Assembly: GCA_964530955.1 (NCBI GenBank)
Contig: CAZHCL010000001.1
Span: 49,381-113,380, forward strand
Length of the DNA: 64,000 nucleotides
Reading direction: 5' to 3'
Source of the DNA: Candidatus Woesearchaeota archaeon
GTDB taxonomy: Archaea > Nanobdellota > Nanobdellia > Pacearchaeales > GW2011-AR1
The notes under the pieces: model-generated
Database searches by the model: none
Told to the model about the DNA's origin: nothing
The model's input: only the letters and a program-made list of their open reading frames with translations
Position numbers and translations under genes: made by a program
Shown: positions 9,832 to 18,802 of the stretch, piece after piece
How the letters are laid out: each line of letters begins with the position of its first letter
How positions within the stretch are numbered: position 1 is the first letter of the stretch

Positions 9832-10413
9832 CTTTTTCAGTGCAAGATATATTGCAGCAATAACTAACAGGGCAAGAACTATTATTACTGCCAATTTGTC
9901 GTCAAAATTCTTAACTGCTGCCTCTATAACCAAAATAGCTCCTGCGGGAAGTGCAATTATTTGAAGCAGAAGTGTTGGAATGAAAAGCCCTAAAACGACA
10001 AGAATAAAGCCTATTATCGCAAAAATAAAGAAGCTTACTCTATTGTAACTCTTTGTGTCCGTATCTAGTTGTTTTGCACAGAAGTCACATTGCTTAAGAG
10101 CAACAGTACATCCATTATCATTATACTGATAAATAGGCGAACCTCCTTGAGCAGTACAAGAATCAACCTGATTATTTAAAGTCGAATTGAAAAAACAAGA
10201 GGCATTTGTTTCTGGCTGAGGAAGGTAGGGTTTTGCAGGATAGGAATAATAATAGTTGGAAGAAGAATTACAGTATTTGTTATACTCTGGAGCAGGATAG
10301 GAATAGCTTACAATTAGATTTACCAGAGTTATCACCATTATTGCAATAAAAATTCCTACAATTATTGTCAGAGCAAGTGTTCGGCCATGTATTGGATGTT
10401 TGTTCTCAGGCAT
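9823..10413 (-). CDS. Membrane protein with Cys-containing extracellular loop
   Basis: N-terminal TM helix, six-Cys loop, three C-terminal TM helices. Confidence 0.7.
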   Translation of the reverse strand: MPENKHPIHGRTLALTIIVGIFIAIMVITLVNLIVSYSYPAPEYNKYCNSSSNYYYSYPAKPYLPQPETNASCFFNSTLNNQVDSCTAQGGSPIYQYNDNGCTVALKQCDFCAKQLDTDTKSYNRVSFFIFAIIGFILVVLGLFIPTLLLQIIALPAGAILVIEAAVKNFDDKLAVIIVLALLVIAAIYLALKKLR

Positions 10414-10463
10414 CTAATTATTAGATAAATAAAGCTTATAAACCTTATTTTACGCAGAGTATT

Positions 10464-10874
10464 ATGGAATCTTATGACTCATTGCTTGAGAAAGCTTATT
10501 CTAAAGTAAAAGTGGTCAAATCTTCAGGTGAAAGATTTGAAATACCTAAAGTTACTGGGCAAGTTCAGGGTAAAAATACAATAATAACTAATATAACTTC
10601 TATAGCAAATTATCTTAGACGCCCTGTTGACCAAATTTCAAAATTCCTTCAGAAGGAACTAGCTGCTTCAGGTAAAATAGAAAACGAGAGGCTTATCTTA
10701 AATACTAAATTGGGTTCAGATAAAGTAAATGACAAAGTTGCTCTTTACACCAAAGAATTTGTTATCTGCCCTGAATGTTCAAAGCCAGATACTGAAATTA
10801 TAGTCGATAAAGGAGTAAAATTCAAGCATTGCCTTGCATGCGGGGCTAAATCACCCATAAAAAGGAAATTATAA
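10464..10874 (+). CDS. eif2b: Translation initiation factor 2 subunit beta
   Basis: ERFEIP, G.NTII.N, Zn-ribbon CPEC...CLACGA. Confidence 0.93.
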   Translation: MESYDSLLEKAYSKVKVVKSSGERFEIPKVTGQVQGKNTIITNITSIANYLRRPVDQISKFLQKELAASGKIENERLILNTKLGSDKVNDKVALYTKEFVICPECSKPDTEIIVDKGVKFKHCLACGAKSPIKRKL

Positions 10875-11173
10875 TGATATCAGTAAAAATACATAAATCC
10901 TACAGAACGGTAGTGGCAATGTGTGATTCTGAGCTGTTAGGGAAAAAATTTGAGGAAGGAATAAGACAGCTTGATGTTAGGACAAATTTTTACAATGGGG
11001 AAGAAGTTAGTGAAGAAAAGGCTTTAGAAATAATGCAAAATTACGGCATAGAGGACGCAACCTTCAATATAGTGGGAGATAATTCTGTTAGACTTGCAAT
11101 ACAAGCAGGAATTATTGGAGAAGAATCTTCTGCTAAAATTCAGAATATACCTTTTGCTTTAAAATTACTTTAA
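10874..11173 (+). CDS. DUF424-family protein
   Basis: VVAMCDSELLGKKF, NFYNGE, ATFNIVG pattern; 1-nt overlap with aIF2-beta stop. Confidence 0.8.
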   Translation: MISVKIHKSYRTVVAMCDSELLGKKFEEGIRQLDVRTNFYNGEEVSEEKALEIMQNYGIEDATFNIVGDNSVRLAIQAGIIGEESSAKIQNIPFALKLL

Positions 11174-11175
11174 AA

Positions 11176-12078
11176 TTAATTTCTTTTGAGTGCCTGTAAT
11201 CTCAAAGCATTCTTCTTTTTCTTATTTCTTGATCTGATTACGAGCCAAACAATGATGCCTATTACTATTAGCAATACAATTATGAAGGTATAATTTGTAC
11301 TTTTTTGGTCTTTTATTCTTCCGGTGAATAACTCTGGATCAAAATTAACTGCCTTTGTTAATTCTCTTCTGACTCCGATATTATCATTGTATTTAATGTC
11401 TAAGGAAATAGCTCCTTTCTTTGGAATTCCCTCGAAGGTGAATGAAGTATCATCTCCACTATTAAAACTGCCCAAGATATTTCTTGTATTGCCCTTAACA
11501 CTGAAGTTTTCCTGATTAGGTAAATCAACAGTCAATCCTTCAACATTATTTTTTCCTATGTTCAGAATTTCAAAAGTTGCGGTCTGAGTAGTATAGTCAT
11601 AGTCTTTTATTGAAACTTCAAAATCACTTTTTGTATCATTTACCGCTAAGTTTAATTTCTTAAGAAAATATGTTGGCTGGGCTACTTGATTGTTTGGAGA
11701 GTATTTTACCCATAATTCGTTATCTCCGTTTAGTGCTGTTTCATTGACTCTTACTTTAAATGGAACAAGTGCAAAAGAACCATAATTACTTACATATGTA
11801 CCTGATTGCAGAATCAGGCTGGTATTTGCTCCAGGATCAAAACTTATAGGATAATCGTTAATTAGTTCGAAATAAAAATTTCCGCAATTTGAATTATCAA
11901 GACCATCTACCTGAAATACAAGTTTTACATACTCTCCAGGTATTGCTGGATAGGGATCTTGATTAAGAAGACTTATTGAAGGATTACATGCACCTACATT
12001 TGCCTGAGAAGCGCCAGTCATCCCAATCAACATTGCAGTTGCAATAAATATAATTGCGAAATTTATCACCTTTTTCAT
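11176..12078 (-). CDS. Secreted, C-terminally anchored COG1361/S-layer-like Ig-fold protein
   Basis: Signal peptide, QDPYPAIPGEYVKLVFQV, beta-rich body, C-terminal TM plus basic tail. Confidence 0.7.
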   Translation of the reverse strand: MKKVINFAIIFIATAMLIGMTGASQANVGACNPSISLLNQDPYPAIPGEYVKLVFQVDGLDNSNCGNFYFELINDYPISFDPGANTSLILQSGTYVSNYGSFALVPFKVRVNETALNGDNELWVKYSPNNQVAQPTYFLKKLNLAVNDTKSDFEVSIKDYDYTTQTATFEILNIGKNNVEGLTVDLPNQENFSVKGNTRNILGSFNSGDDTSFTFEGIPKKGAISLDIKYNDNIGVRRELTKAVNFDPELFTGRIKDQKSTNYTFIIVLLIVIGIIVWLVIRSRNKKKKNALRLQALKRN

Positions 12079-12147
12079 ATATTAATTTAGATAATAATTG
12101 TTTTAAACCTTTCTATGACTTATATTGACGACAAAAATAAAATTTGT

Positions 12148-13707
12148 TTAAGCCTTCGTGTTATTTATATAGGCTATTTCGGCAGCAGGCAAGACTTTGT
12201 TGTAAATTCTTATCTGGTCAATTGTTCCATTGAAATATTCACTTCCAAAGTTCGTTCTTCCTATCATCAAATAGGCACTAGAATCGATAGGAGGTGAATT
12301 TGTTAATGAAGAATTAGCTACATTGACTCCGTCGAGGTAAAACTGCACTGCTGAAGAGCTGACTACCCATGCTCCATGATGCCAAACTCCTATACTCGGA
12401 CTTACGCCTGATTCTTTCCACCCGTTAGGAGAAGAGTCCCAGTAATCAAAGAAGTTACCTATAGCATTTCTTCTCGCAATGAAGTTGACTCTGTTTTTAG
12501 TTGAGCCACCAGCTATTGAAAGAAGACCATAATGCTGATTTTGTATTCCAGAATTGATTCTGAACCAAATTGATACTGTAAAATTACTCTGCCCTAAGTT
12601 CGAAAACACCGGAGAAGATGACACGTTTATGTACTGATCTACTCCATTGAAATAATATGTCCCACCAGATATTCCTCCTCCGAATGGAAGGCTCGTTATT
12701 CCTGTGTTATTGTATGTTGAGCCATTAATTCCATTTCCGGAATAATCAGTTACTGTTGATGAACCTAAGTCTTCAGGGTAATAGGCAACCAGTGAACTCG
12801 TTAAATCGTATAGTGAATATGTTGTACTACCTACGCCAGAAGCAATTTGGAAAAGAGTATTATTAGTGGAACTCGTTGCAATTACTTCAAAAGTGTAATT
12901 GGTTCCATTCTTCAATCCTATTATTCTAGCTGGTAAAAATGATGACAAGGGCAACATGTTTCCAAAGGTCTGTACGCTCATATTTGGAGTTGATAAATAA
13001 TGTACTCCACCGTCAGTGGAAAGATAAATGTCATAGGTATCTGCGCCAGTTGCGTTGTTCCAAGTCAGATCAATTTCAGAAGCTGAAACATTTGTTGCTA
13101 CTAAACCGAATGGATTTGTTCCTGGTCCATTCCCGCTTTGATTGGTGTTATTCCCTCCATTATTACTTCCATTGTTAGGAGGATTAGGATTTCCTTGAGG
13201 ATTATTATTTGTTAGTGAAAGACTGGGATTACAATTTATTTTCTGTGATTGAGGACAGTTGATGATATTTCCATTTGTTCCTCTGAGAGTTACTGTGACG
13301 GCAACTGAATCAGGACTTGAAGTAGAACCAAGATATCCTCCTGCAACCTGTAAGGGATCAGACAAATCATAACTTCTAGTGTCCAAAATATTTGGCAAGG
13401 AAAGAACGCTCCTCACTTCAGTTATTGATGATTTGTAGAATATAAGACTTAAATTAATTATATTTCCGGGTGCGCTGTTTCTTTTTACAAGGACTACTGG
13501 GTTGGCAGGACCAGGAGAAGTAGAATTATATGAACATTTAGAGGTGACAACTTGAATTTGCTGGCACGAAACTGAAGATGAAATTTGGTTTGCTCCTTTA
13601 TTGACTGTATTTAAAACAACAACACCGATTATCGCAATAGCGACAACAACAAGCAAGATTACCAATACTGTAGAAATTACACTACTTATCCCCTTTTTTG
13701 ACATCAT
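12148..13707 (-). CDS. Type IV pilin-like protein with FN3 and LamG/concanavalin-like domains
   Basis: Class III signal KKG/ISSVISTVLVILLVVVAI; LTWNNATGADTYDIY (FN3); FTVSIWF, WHHGAWV, FYLDG, FNGTIDQIRIYN (LamG). Confidence 0.82.
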   Translation of the reverse strand: MMSKKGISSVISTVLVILLVVVAIAIIGVVVLNTVNKGANQISSSVSCQQIQVVTSKCSYNSTSPGPANPVVLVKRNSAPGNIINLSLIFYKSSITEVRSVLSLPNILDTRSYDLSDPLQVAGGYLGSTSSPDSVAVTVTLRGTNGNIINCPQSQKINCNPSLSLTNNNPQGNPNPPNNGSNNGGNNTNQSGNGPGTNPFGLVATNVSASEIDLTWNNATGADTYDIYLSTDGGVHYLSTPNMSVQTFGNMLPLSSFLPARIIGLKNGTNYTFEVIATSSTNNTLFQIASGVGSTTYSLYDLTSSLVAYYPEDLGSSTVTDYSGNGINGSTYNNTGITSLPFGGGISGGTYYFNGVDQYINVSSSPVFSNLGQSNFTVSIWFRINSGIQNQHYGLLSIAGGSTKNRVNFIARRNAIGNFFDYWDSSPNGWKESGVSPSIGVWHHGAWVVSSSAVQFYLDGVNVANSSLTNSPPIDSSAYLMIGRTNFGSEYFNGTIDQIRIYNKVLPAAEIAYINNTKA

Positions 13708-13815
13708 CTTACTATTTTTTATGGACTATTCTCTTTATAAAACTTTCTCAGAAGCTAGTCTTGTTGAATTTAATGCCTTCAAAAGCTATTTAAAAGTTCT
13801 TTTGCTTCAATTATT

Positions 13816-14364
13816 ATGGAATCATTTTATTTCAACAGAATTAAGGAATTAAAAAAGGAAAAAGACGAACTGGAAAGAAAACTTCAGGTAGTTATAACTA
13901 TTACAGGTAAAAAGGTCGAAATTGAGGGGTCTGCAGTAAATGAGTATGAAGCAGGTATTATTTTGGAAGCCATGCAATTCGGCTTTTCATCTAAAAAGGC
14001 ACTTCTACTTCTTAATGATGATATAATATTCAAGAAGGTGCCTATAAGAAGTTTTACAAGAAGAAAGGATATGAAGGAAGTAAGAGGAAGAGTCATAGGA
14101 AAGCAGGGAAAAACAAAAAGTACGTTAGAAGAAATATCTGGCTGCGATATATTAGTTAATGAGGAGCAAAATCAGATAGGAATTATAGGTTCTGCTCTGG
14201 AAATGGATGAAGCTACGGCAGCAATAGAGAAACTTATAAGAGGCTCAAAACAAGCGAATGTTTACAGATATTTAGAGAGAATGAATGCGGAAAAGAAAAA
14301 GATGGATTCTGACCTCGGCCTTAAGTTAAAGAAGAAGGAAGAGAAAAAGTATTCTGAAGAATAA
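13816..14364 (+). CDS. KH-domain ribosome biogenesis protein (Dim2/Pno1-like)
   Basis: AMQFGF, RGRVIGKQGKTKSTLEEISGC, LIRGSKQANVYRYLE. Confidence 0.88.
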   Translation: MESFYFNRIKELKKEKDELERKLQVVITITGKKVEIEGSAVNEYEAGIILEAMQFGFSSKKALLLLNDDIIFKKVPIRSFTRRKDMKEVRGRVIGKQGKTKSTLEEISGCDILVNEEQNQIGIIGSALEMDEATAAIEKLIRGSKQANVYRYLERMNAEKKKMDSDLGLKLKKKEEKKYSEE

Positions 14365-14422
14365 TCTTTCGTGCTTCAAGCTATATAGCAATATTTATAT
14401 GATTTTTAGAGAGATAGCAATA

Positions 14423-14430
14423 TTTAAATA
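14423..14430 (+). promoter_or_regulatory. TATA box of tRNA-Asn
   Basis: TTTAAATA ending 24 nt before the mature tRNA 5' end. Confidence 0.7.
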
Positions 14431-14453
14431 ACATTTTTATCTGACAAAAGTAA

Positions 14454-14603
14454 GTCCCCTTAGCTCAGACCTTCCGAGACGCTAATTAACGTTAGGATGG
14501 GAGCAATCGGTAGAGCATCTGACTGTTAGAGATTAACAGCAGCTTTCCGTTGGAAGGCCCTATAGAAATCAGAGGGTCGCTGGTTCGAGTCCAGCAGGGG
14601 ACG
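14454..14603 (+). tRNA. tRNA-Asn(GUU) with two introns (14469-14506 at position 15/16; 14529-14567 at position 37/38)
   Basis: Removing both introns gives a perfect 73-nt cloverleaf GTCCCCT TA GCTC AGTCGGTA GAGC A TCTGA CTGTTAA TCAGA GGGTC GCTGG TTCGAGT CCAGC AGGGGAC G; both junctions fit bulge-helix-bulge geometry. Confidence 0.93.
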
Positions 14604-14604
14604 T

Positions 14605-14820
14605 TTATTTTTTAAGAAGAATATAACCTAAAATTAATAATATAACCAGTGCAACAATTATCCAGAAAATGGTTTTACTTTTCTTTTCTCTCTTTTTTCT
14701 TTCGTCAGCCTCTGCATAACCTTGTTCTATTGCATCTTTTCTATCCGGATCTAATCCTGCCTGTTTCTGACCTTCATATCTGAACTGCATAACTCCGCCA
14801 GTCTGAACTTGTTCTGCCAT
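14605..14820 (-). CDS. Small tail-anchored membrane protein
   Basis: 71 aa, basic stretch followed by a C-terminal TM helix. Confidence 0.65.
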   Translation of the reverse strand: MAEQVQTGGVMQFRYEGQKQAGLDPDRKDAIEQGYAEADERKKREKKSKTIFWIIVALVILLILGYILLKK

Positions 14821-14860
14821 GTAATAAAATAAAATCAGACCATTATAAATATTATGAAAA

Positions 14861-15247
14861 TTAGTCTATTAATCCAGCTTCTCTTGCTTTTTCAGCAGAA
14901 AGCCTTTCTCTCCAAATAATTGATACCCTAGAAGAATCTTCTCCATATGAATGACTCCCATAGGCAGTCCATATGGTTCTATTTCTCTTATAGATGTAGT
15001 GGTTATCGGAAGAACCATACATTGCATCAAGTTCTGTACTAGCAGTGAATACTAAACCTACCTTAGATAGTAAATCATCCATCCCTTCGTTATCTAATGG
15101 TCCTTTAGCTCTATTTGAAATCTGAATTTCCAAAGCGCTTGCCCCGCTATTAGACACCATGCTAGTCACTCTTATTCCCTCAGGAGATTCGATTTTACTT
15201 TTTAATGCTGCTACTTTTCTTTGATTTAAGATAGGATATTTTACCAT
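14861..15247 (-). CDS. Hypothetical protein (orphan)
   Basis: 128-aa ORF; no motif recognised. Confidence 0.5.
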   Translation of the reverse strand: MVKYPILNQRKVAALKSKIESPEGIRVTSMVSNSGASALEIQISNRAKGPLDNEGMDDLLSKVGLVFTASTELDAMYGSSDNHYIYKRNRTIWTAYGSHSYGEDSSRVSIIWRERLSAEKAREAGLID

Positions 15248-15327
15248 CTATTTCTTCCTTAAGAGCAATTTATAAGAATATGTGTATTAGGAAATACAAA
15301 TAAATAGTCAACTTTCATTATAAGATT

Positions 15328-16410
15328 ATGAAAAATAATGACCAACAAAAGACCGTAGTAATAGGTCTTTCTGGAGGAGTTGATTCGAGCGTGGCTGCTC
15401 TTCTACTCAAAAGAAAAGGTTATAGAGTTATAGGCGCTTTCATGAAAAACTTTTCAGACACCAAAAACCCATATACTGGTGAATGCTCATATCTTGAAGA
15501 CAAAAGAATGGCTCAAAGAGTGGCTGCTCTTTTGGGAATTAGGTTTGTTGTTTTTGATTTTGAAAAAGTCTATAAAAAAGAAGTTATAGAACCAATGTTT
15601 AAAGCATATGCTAAAGGATTAACTCCTAATCCTGATATTTTATGTAATACTATTGTGAAATTTCCTCTATTCTGGAAAGAAGCTCATAAATTAGGAGCTA
15701 ATTATATTGCGATGGGACATTATGCAAGAATAATAAAGAAGAAGGGGTATGAACTTTTTTCTGGCAAAGATAAAACGAAGGACCAGTCATATTTTCTTTC
15801 TGACTTGAGCCAAAGCGACCTTGAGCATACTTTATTTCCTCTTGGAAATTTAAGCAAGAAAGAAGTAAGAAAGATAGCTAAGAAAAATAATCTTCCGAAT
15901 TGGAACAAACACGGAACTGTGGGTATCTGTTTTGTCGGAAAGGTGCACATGCAATCATTTCTCAAAAATAGAATAAAAGCAAGGGAAGGAATAGTAAAAG
16001 ACCCAGAGGGAAATATTATAGGAAAGCATAATGGAATTCAGTTTTACACTATTGGACAGAAGGTAGGAGAGCATATAGGTATAGAAATTAAAAAGCCTAA
16101 AGAATATTCCCAAAAAAGATTTTACGTTGCAGATAAAATAAAACCAAACGTACTCATTGTTGCCCCCGAAAACCATCCTACTCTGAAAAAAAAGAAAGTG
16201 GAGATAAAAAAAATCCATATCATTAATCCAAAAGAAAAGATTCCGAATAATGGCCTAAAAGCAAGGATAAGACACCTTGGTCAGCTACATTCTGGAAAAC
16301 TGATAAAGAATCAATTTATTTTTGAAAGAGAAGTTGAGTCGATTGCTCCCGGTCAGTATATTGTAATTTACAATAAAGATAAAGTTATTGCTAGTGGTGA
16401 GATAAAGTAA
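15328..16410 (+). CDS. mnmA: tRNA-specific 2-thiouridylase, bacterial MnmA type
   Basis: SGGVDS PP-loop, PNPDILCN, KDQSYFL, GICF, YTIGQ, PGQ. Confidence 0.92.
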   Translation: MKNNDQQKTVVIGLSGGVDSSVAALLLKRKGYRVIGAFMKNFSDTKNPYTGECSYLEDKRMAQRVAALLGIRFVVFDFEKVYKKEVIEPMFKAYAKGLTPNPDILCNTIVKFPLFWKEAHKLGANYIAMGHYARIIKKKGYELFSGKDKTKDQSYFLSDLSQSDLEHTLFPLGNLSKKEVRKIAKKNNLPNWNKHGTVGICFVGKVHMQSFLKNRIKAREGIVKDPEGNIIGKHNGIQFYTIGQKVGEHIGIEIKKPKEYSQKRFYVADKIKPNVLIVAPENHPTLKKKKVEIKKIHIINPKEKIPNNGLKARIRHLGQLHSGKLIKNQFIFEREVESIAPGQYIVIYNKDKVIASGEIK

Positions 16411-16413
16411 TAA

Positions 16414-17415
16414 TTAATTTTTAGCGAAGCTTTCTGCAACTAAAAGCGGAAAAACAATAGTGGCATCCGCAAAAAGCTTAACGCTCCTGGCGTTTGGAAG
16501 TATCTTTCCCCAGGAAACTGCTTCCTCTGGCAATGCGCCCGAATCGCTTCCATCATATTCTTGAGAAGTATTAATATAAACTGCATAATCTGCTCCGTTT
16601 CTAAGCATGTTTGCATTGAGTATGCTGTGCTTCACGACTCCTGCTCCAAGAATAATGACTCCGCTTTTACTCAATCCTATTGTTGTATCATTCAATCTCT
16701 TAGTATCTTCTGCAACATCAATAATAAAATCATTATGCTTAAATTTGAAAAAATAGATGTTATCTCCTAATGCTCCGTCCGTGATTGTAGGACAAAAAAC
16801 TCTTATCTTATTTTTCCACGCCCAGTAATAAATACTTTTTTCATTATTTATTTTTTCTCCCAATTTCCAGATGATGTCGCTTGGAGTGTGAAATATTCCT
16901 TTTTCTTTCTGCTCAACATAAAGCTCTTCAAGAATTGGCTGAACAAATTCTTCAAATTCCACATATCTATTGTTTGAAGCAAAAATATTTCCTATCCTGT
17001 TTATTCCTTTATTTCTTAATTCAGCTCCTGGCGCTCTGAAATCTCCAAGAACAAAATCTCCTAGACATTTTATTATGTCTTCTTCTACTCCTCCGCCTGT
17101 TGTGACTAATACATTGACCTTTTTATTTTGAGCTAAATATCGAATAACATCTCTTAATCCAGAACTTACCATGTTTGAAGTGTATCCTAAAAAAATAAAA
17201 GAATTGTCTTTTATCATTTCATTTGTTATTGATATTGCTTTTGAAAGATGAGATGCCTGAAAACCTGTGCTTTCAAAACTTTTGATTATTTCTTTGTAAT
17301 TAATTCCTTCATTGAAATCATATCCTTTTATGACCACGCCTTTTGCCTCTTCGCTCTTTCTTAAAAGAGATTCTCGAGCTTTTTTCTCATTATCTTTGCT
17401 ATTGTTCTTAACCAT
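16414..17415 (-). CDS. dys: Deoxyhypusine synthase
   Basis: GFQASHL, FLGYTSNMVSSGLR, GGGVEED, DGSDSGA.P.EAVSWGK (catalytic Lys). Confidence 0.95.
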   Translation of the reverse strand: MVKNNSKDNEKKARESLLRKSEEAKGVVIKGYDFNEGINYKEIIKSFESTGFQASHLSKAISITNEMIKDNSFIFLGYTSNMVSSGLRDVIRYLAQNKKVNVLVTTGGGVEEDIIKCLGDFVLGDFRAPGAELRNKGINRIGNIFASNNRYVEFEEFVQPILEELYVEQKEKGIFHTPSDIIWKLGEKINNEKSIYYWAWKNKIRVFCPTITDGALGDNIYFFKFKHNDFIIDVAEDTKRLNDTTIGLSKSGVIILGAGVVKHSILNANMLRNGADYAVYINTSQEYDGSDSGALPEEAVSWGKILPNARSVKLFADATIVFPLLVAESFAKN

Positions 17416-17513
17416 GAAAAACTCAATTTTTTTAGCTATAAAAGCCTTCTTATTTTGCTTTAATTGAGAAATAAAAAAGAAAGATATAAAAGCAGAGATA
17501 CATAATAATTTTC

Positions 17514-17711
17514 ATGAATTTCTCTTTTACAAAAGCAAAAACAATTACATCAGTAATTATAGGAATAATTTTAGCTGTTTATCAAAATTTCGTTTCAACT
17601 ATTTTAGGTCAGCCTACCCAATATTATCTTTATTCAACAATGATTCTGGCAGGAATAATAGGTATGATAGTTGTTTATTTAATCTGGAGCTTAATCCAGA
17701 AGAAGAAATAA
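17514..17711 (+). CDS. Small two-TM membrane protein
   Basis: 65 aa, two hydrophobic helices, KKK tail. Confidence 0.6.
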   Translation: MNFSFTKAKTITSVIIGIILAVYQNFVSTILGQPTQYYLYSTMILAGIIGMIVVYLIWSLIQKKK

Positions 17712-17716
17712 AATTT

Positions 17717-18802
17717 TTATTTTAGTTTCTTCCTTTCAAAATCTCTTCTGGAAGTCCCGCCAAAACGCCTTGTTCTTTCTGAGAAGTTTCTGATTGCTTT
17801 TCTAAGTTCATCTGCTCCGAATTCTGGAAAATAAACATCAGCAAAGTAAAGCTCTGCGTAAGTTGCCTGATAAGGCATTGCTCCGCTTGTTCTCATTTCT
17901 CCTGAAGTCCTTATTATCAAATCTGGGTCGGGAATATCTGCTGAGTCAAGATAATTTTTGAATTTTTCCTCGTCTATCTTTCTAACTCCTGATTTCAGCA
18001 TCTTGTTAACTGCCCTTATTATTTCATCTCTTCCCCCATAATCAAGCATTAGTTGAACATTTAGATCGGAGTATTCTTTTGTTTCTTCTTCGAGCTCATG
18101 CAGTTCTTTGATAAGATTTTTTGGAAGTCTATCTTTTCTTCCAATATGTCTGAATCTAATTCTATGCTTATGTGCTTCTTCCTTTAATTTGTCAATTTTC
18201 TTCAAAACGAGATTGAAAATTGCTTTAATTTCAGAACTATCTCTCTTCCAGTTTTCAGTTGAAAAACCCCAGAGTGAAAGATATTTTACCCCCAATCTTT
18301 TTGCTTCGAGAAAAATTTCCATAATTCTTTCGTCACTCGCTGAAGTATAATGCCCGAAACTTGCATTCAATCCTCTTTCTCTTGCCCATCTTCTGTTTCC
18401 ATCGGGAATAATCACAACATGTACTGGGACACTCTTTTTGCTATCGATAACTAAAGACTTTCCAAGATTCAAAAGGCTTTTTGCCTTATCAATTACAAAG
18501 CTGTCTTCCTTTATTATATCAAATGCCGAATATCTCGCTCTTGGATTTTTCCAGAAATAATTAATTTCCTCAACGTTTGAAAAGCCAGGACTTTCCTTAA
18601 GCCAAGAAATAACATCTTCTAGCTGTTCTTTCATCCCCTGCGCAACAACAAGAACAGAACCATCTTTTCTGTTCATTACATATCCTCTTAAATTCAGTGA
18701 ATCAGCATAATTTTTTATAATGCGTCTGAAGTTTACCCCTTGAACTCTTCCTAATAACTCTATTTCTACTTCGCTCTCTATCTTTTTATAATTATTTTCC
18801 AT
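17717..18802 (-). CDS. uppS: Acylphosphatase fused to undecaprenyl-diphosphate synthase (cis-prenyltransferase)
   Basis: N-domain GRVQGVNFR...GYVMNRKDGSV; C-domain HVVIIPDGNRRWA, FSTENWKR, PDLIIRTSGE; ATG at 18802 overlaps the upstream gene end. Confidence 0.88.
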   Translation of the reverse strand: MENNYKKIESEVEIELLGRVQGVNFRRIIKNYADSLNLRGYVMNRKDGSVLVVAQGMKEQLEDVISWLKESPGFSNVEEINYFWKNPRARYSAFDIIKEDSFVIDKAKSLLNLGKSLVIDSKKSVPVHVVIIPDGNRRWARERGLNASFGHYTSASDERIMEIFLEAKRLGVKYLSLWGFSTENWKRDSSEIKAIFNLVLKKIDKLKEEAHKHRIRFRHIGRKDRLPKNLIKELHELEEETKEYSDLNVQLMLDYGGRDEIIRAVNKMLKSGVRKIDEEKFKNYLDSADIPDPDLIIRTSGEMRTSGAMPYQATYAELYFADVYFPEFGADELRKAIRNFSERTRRFGGTSRRDFERKKLK

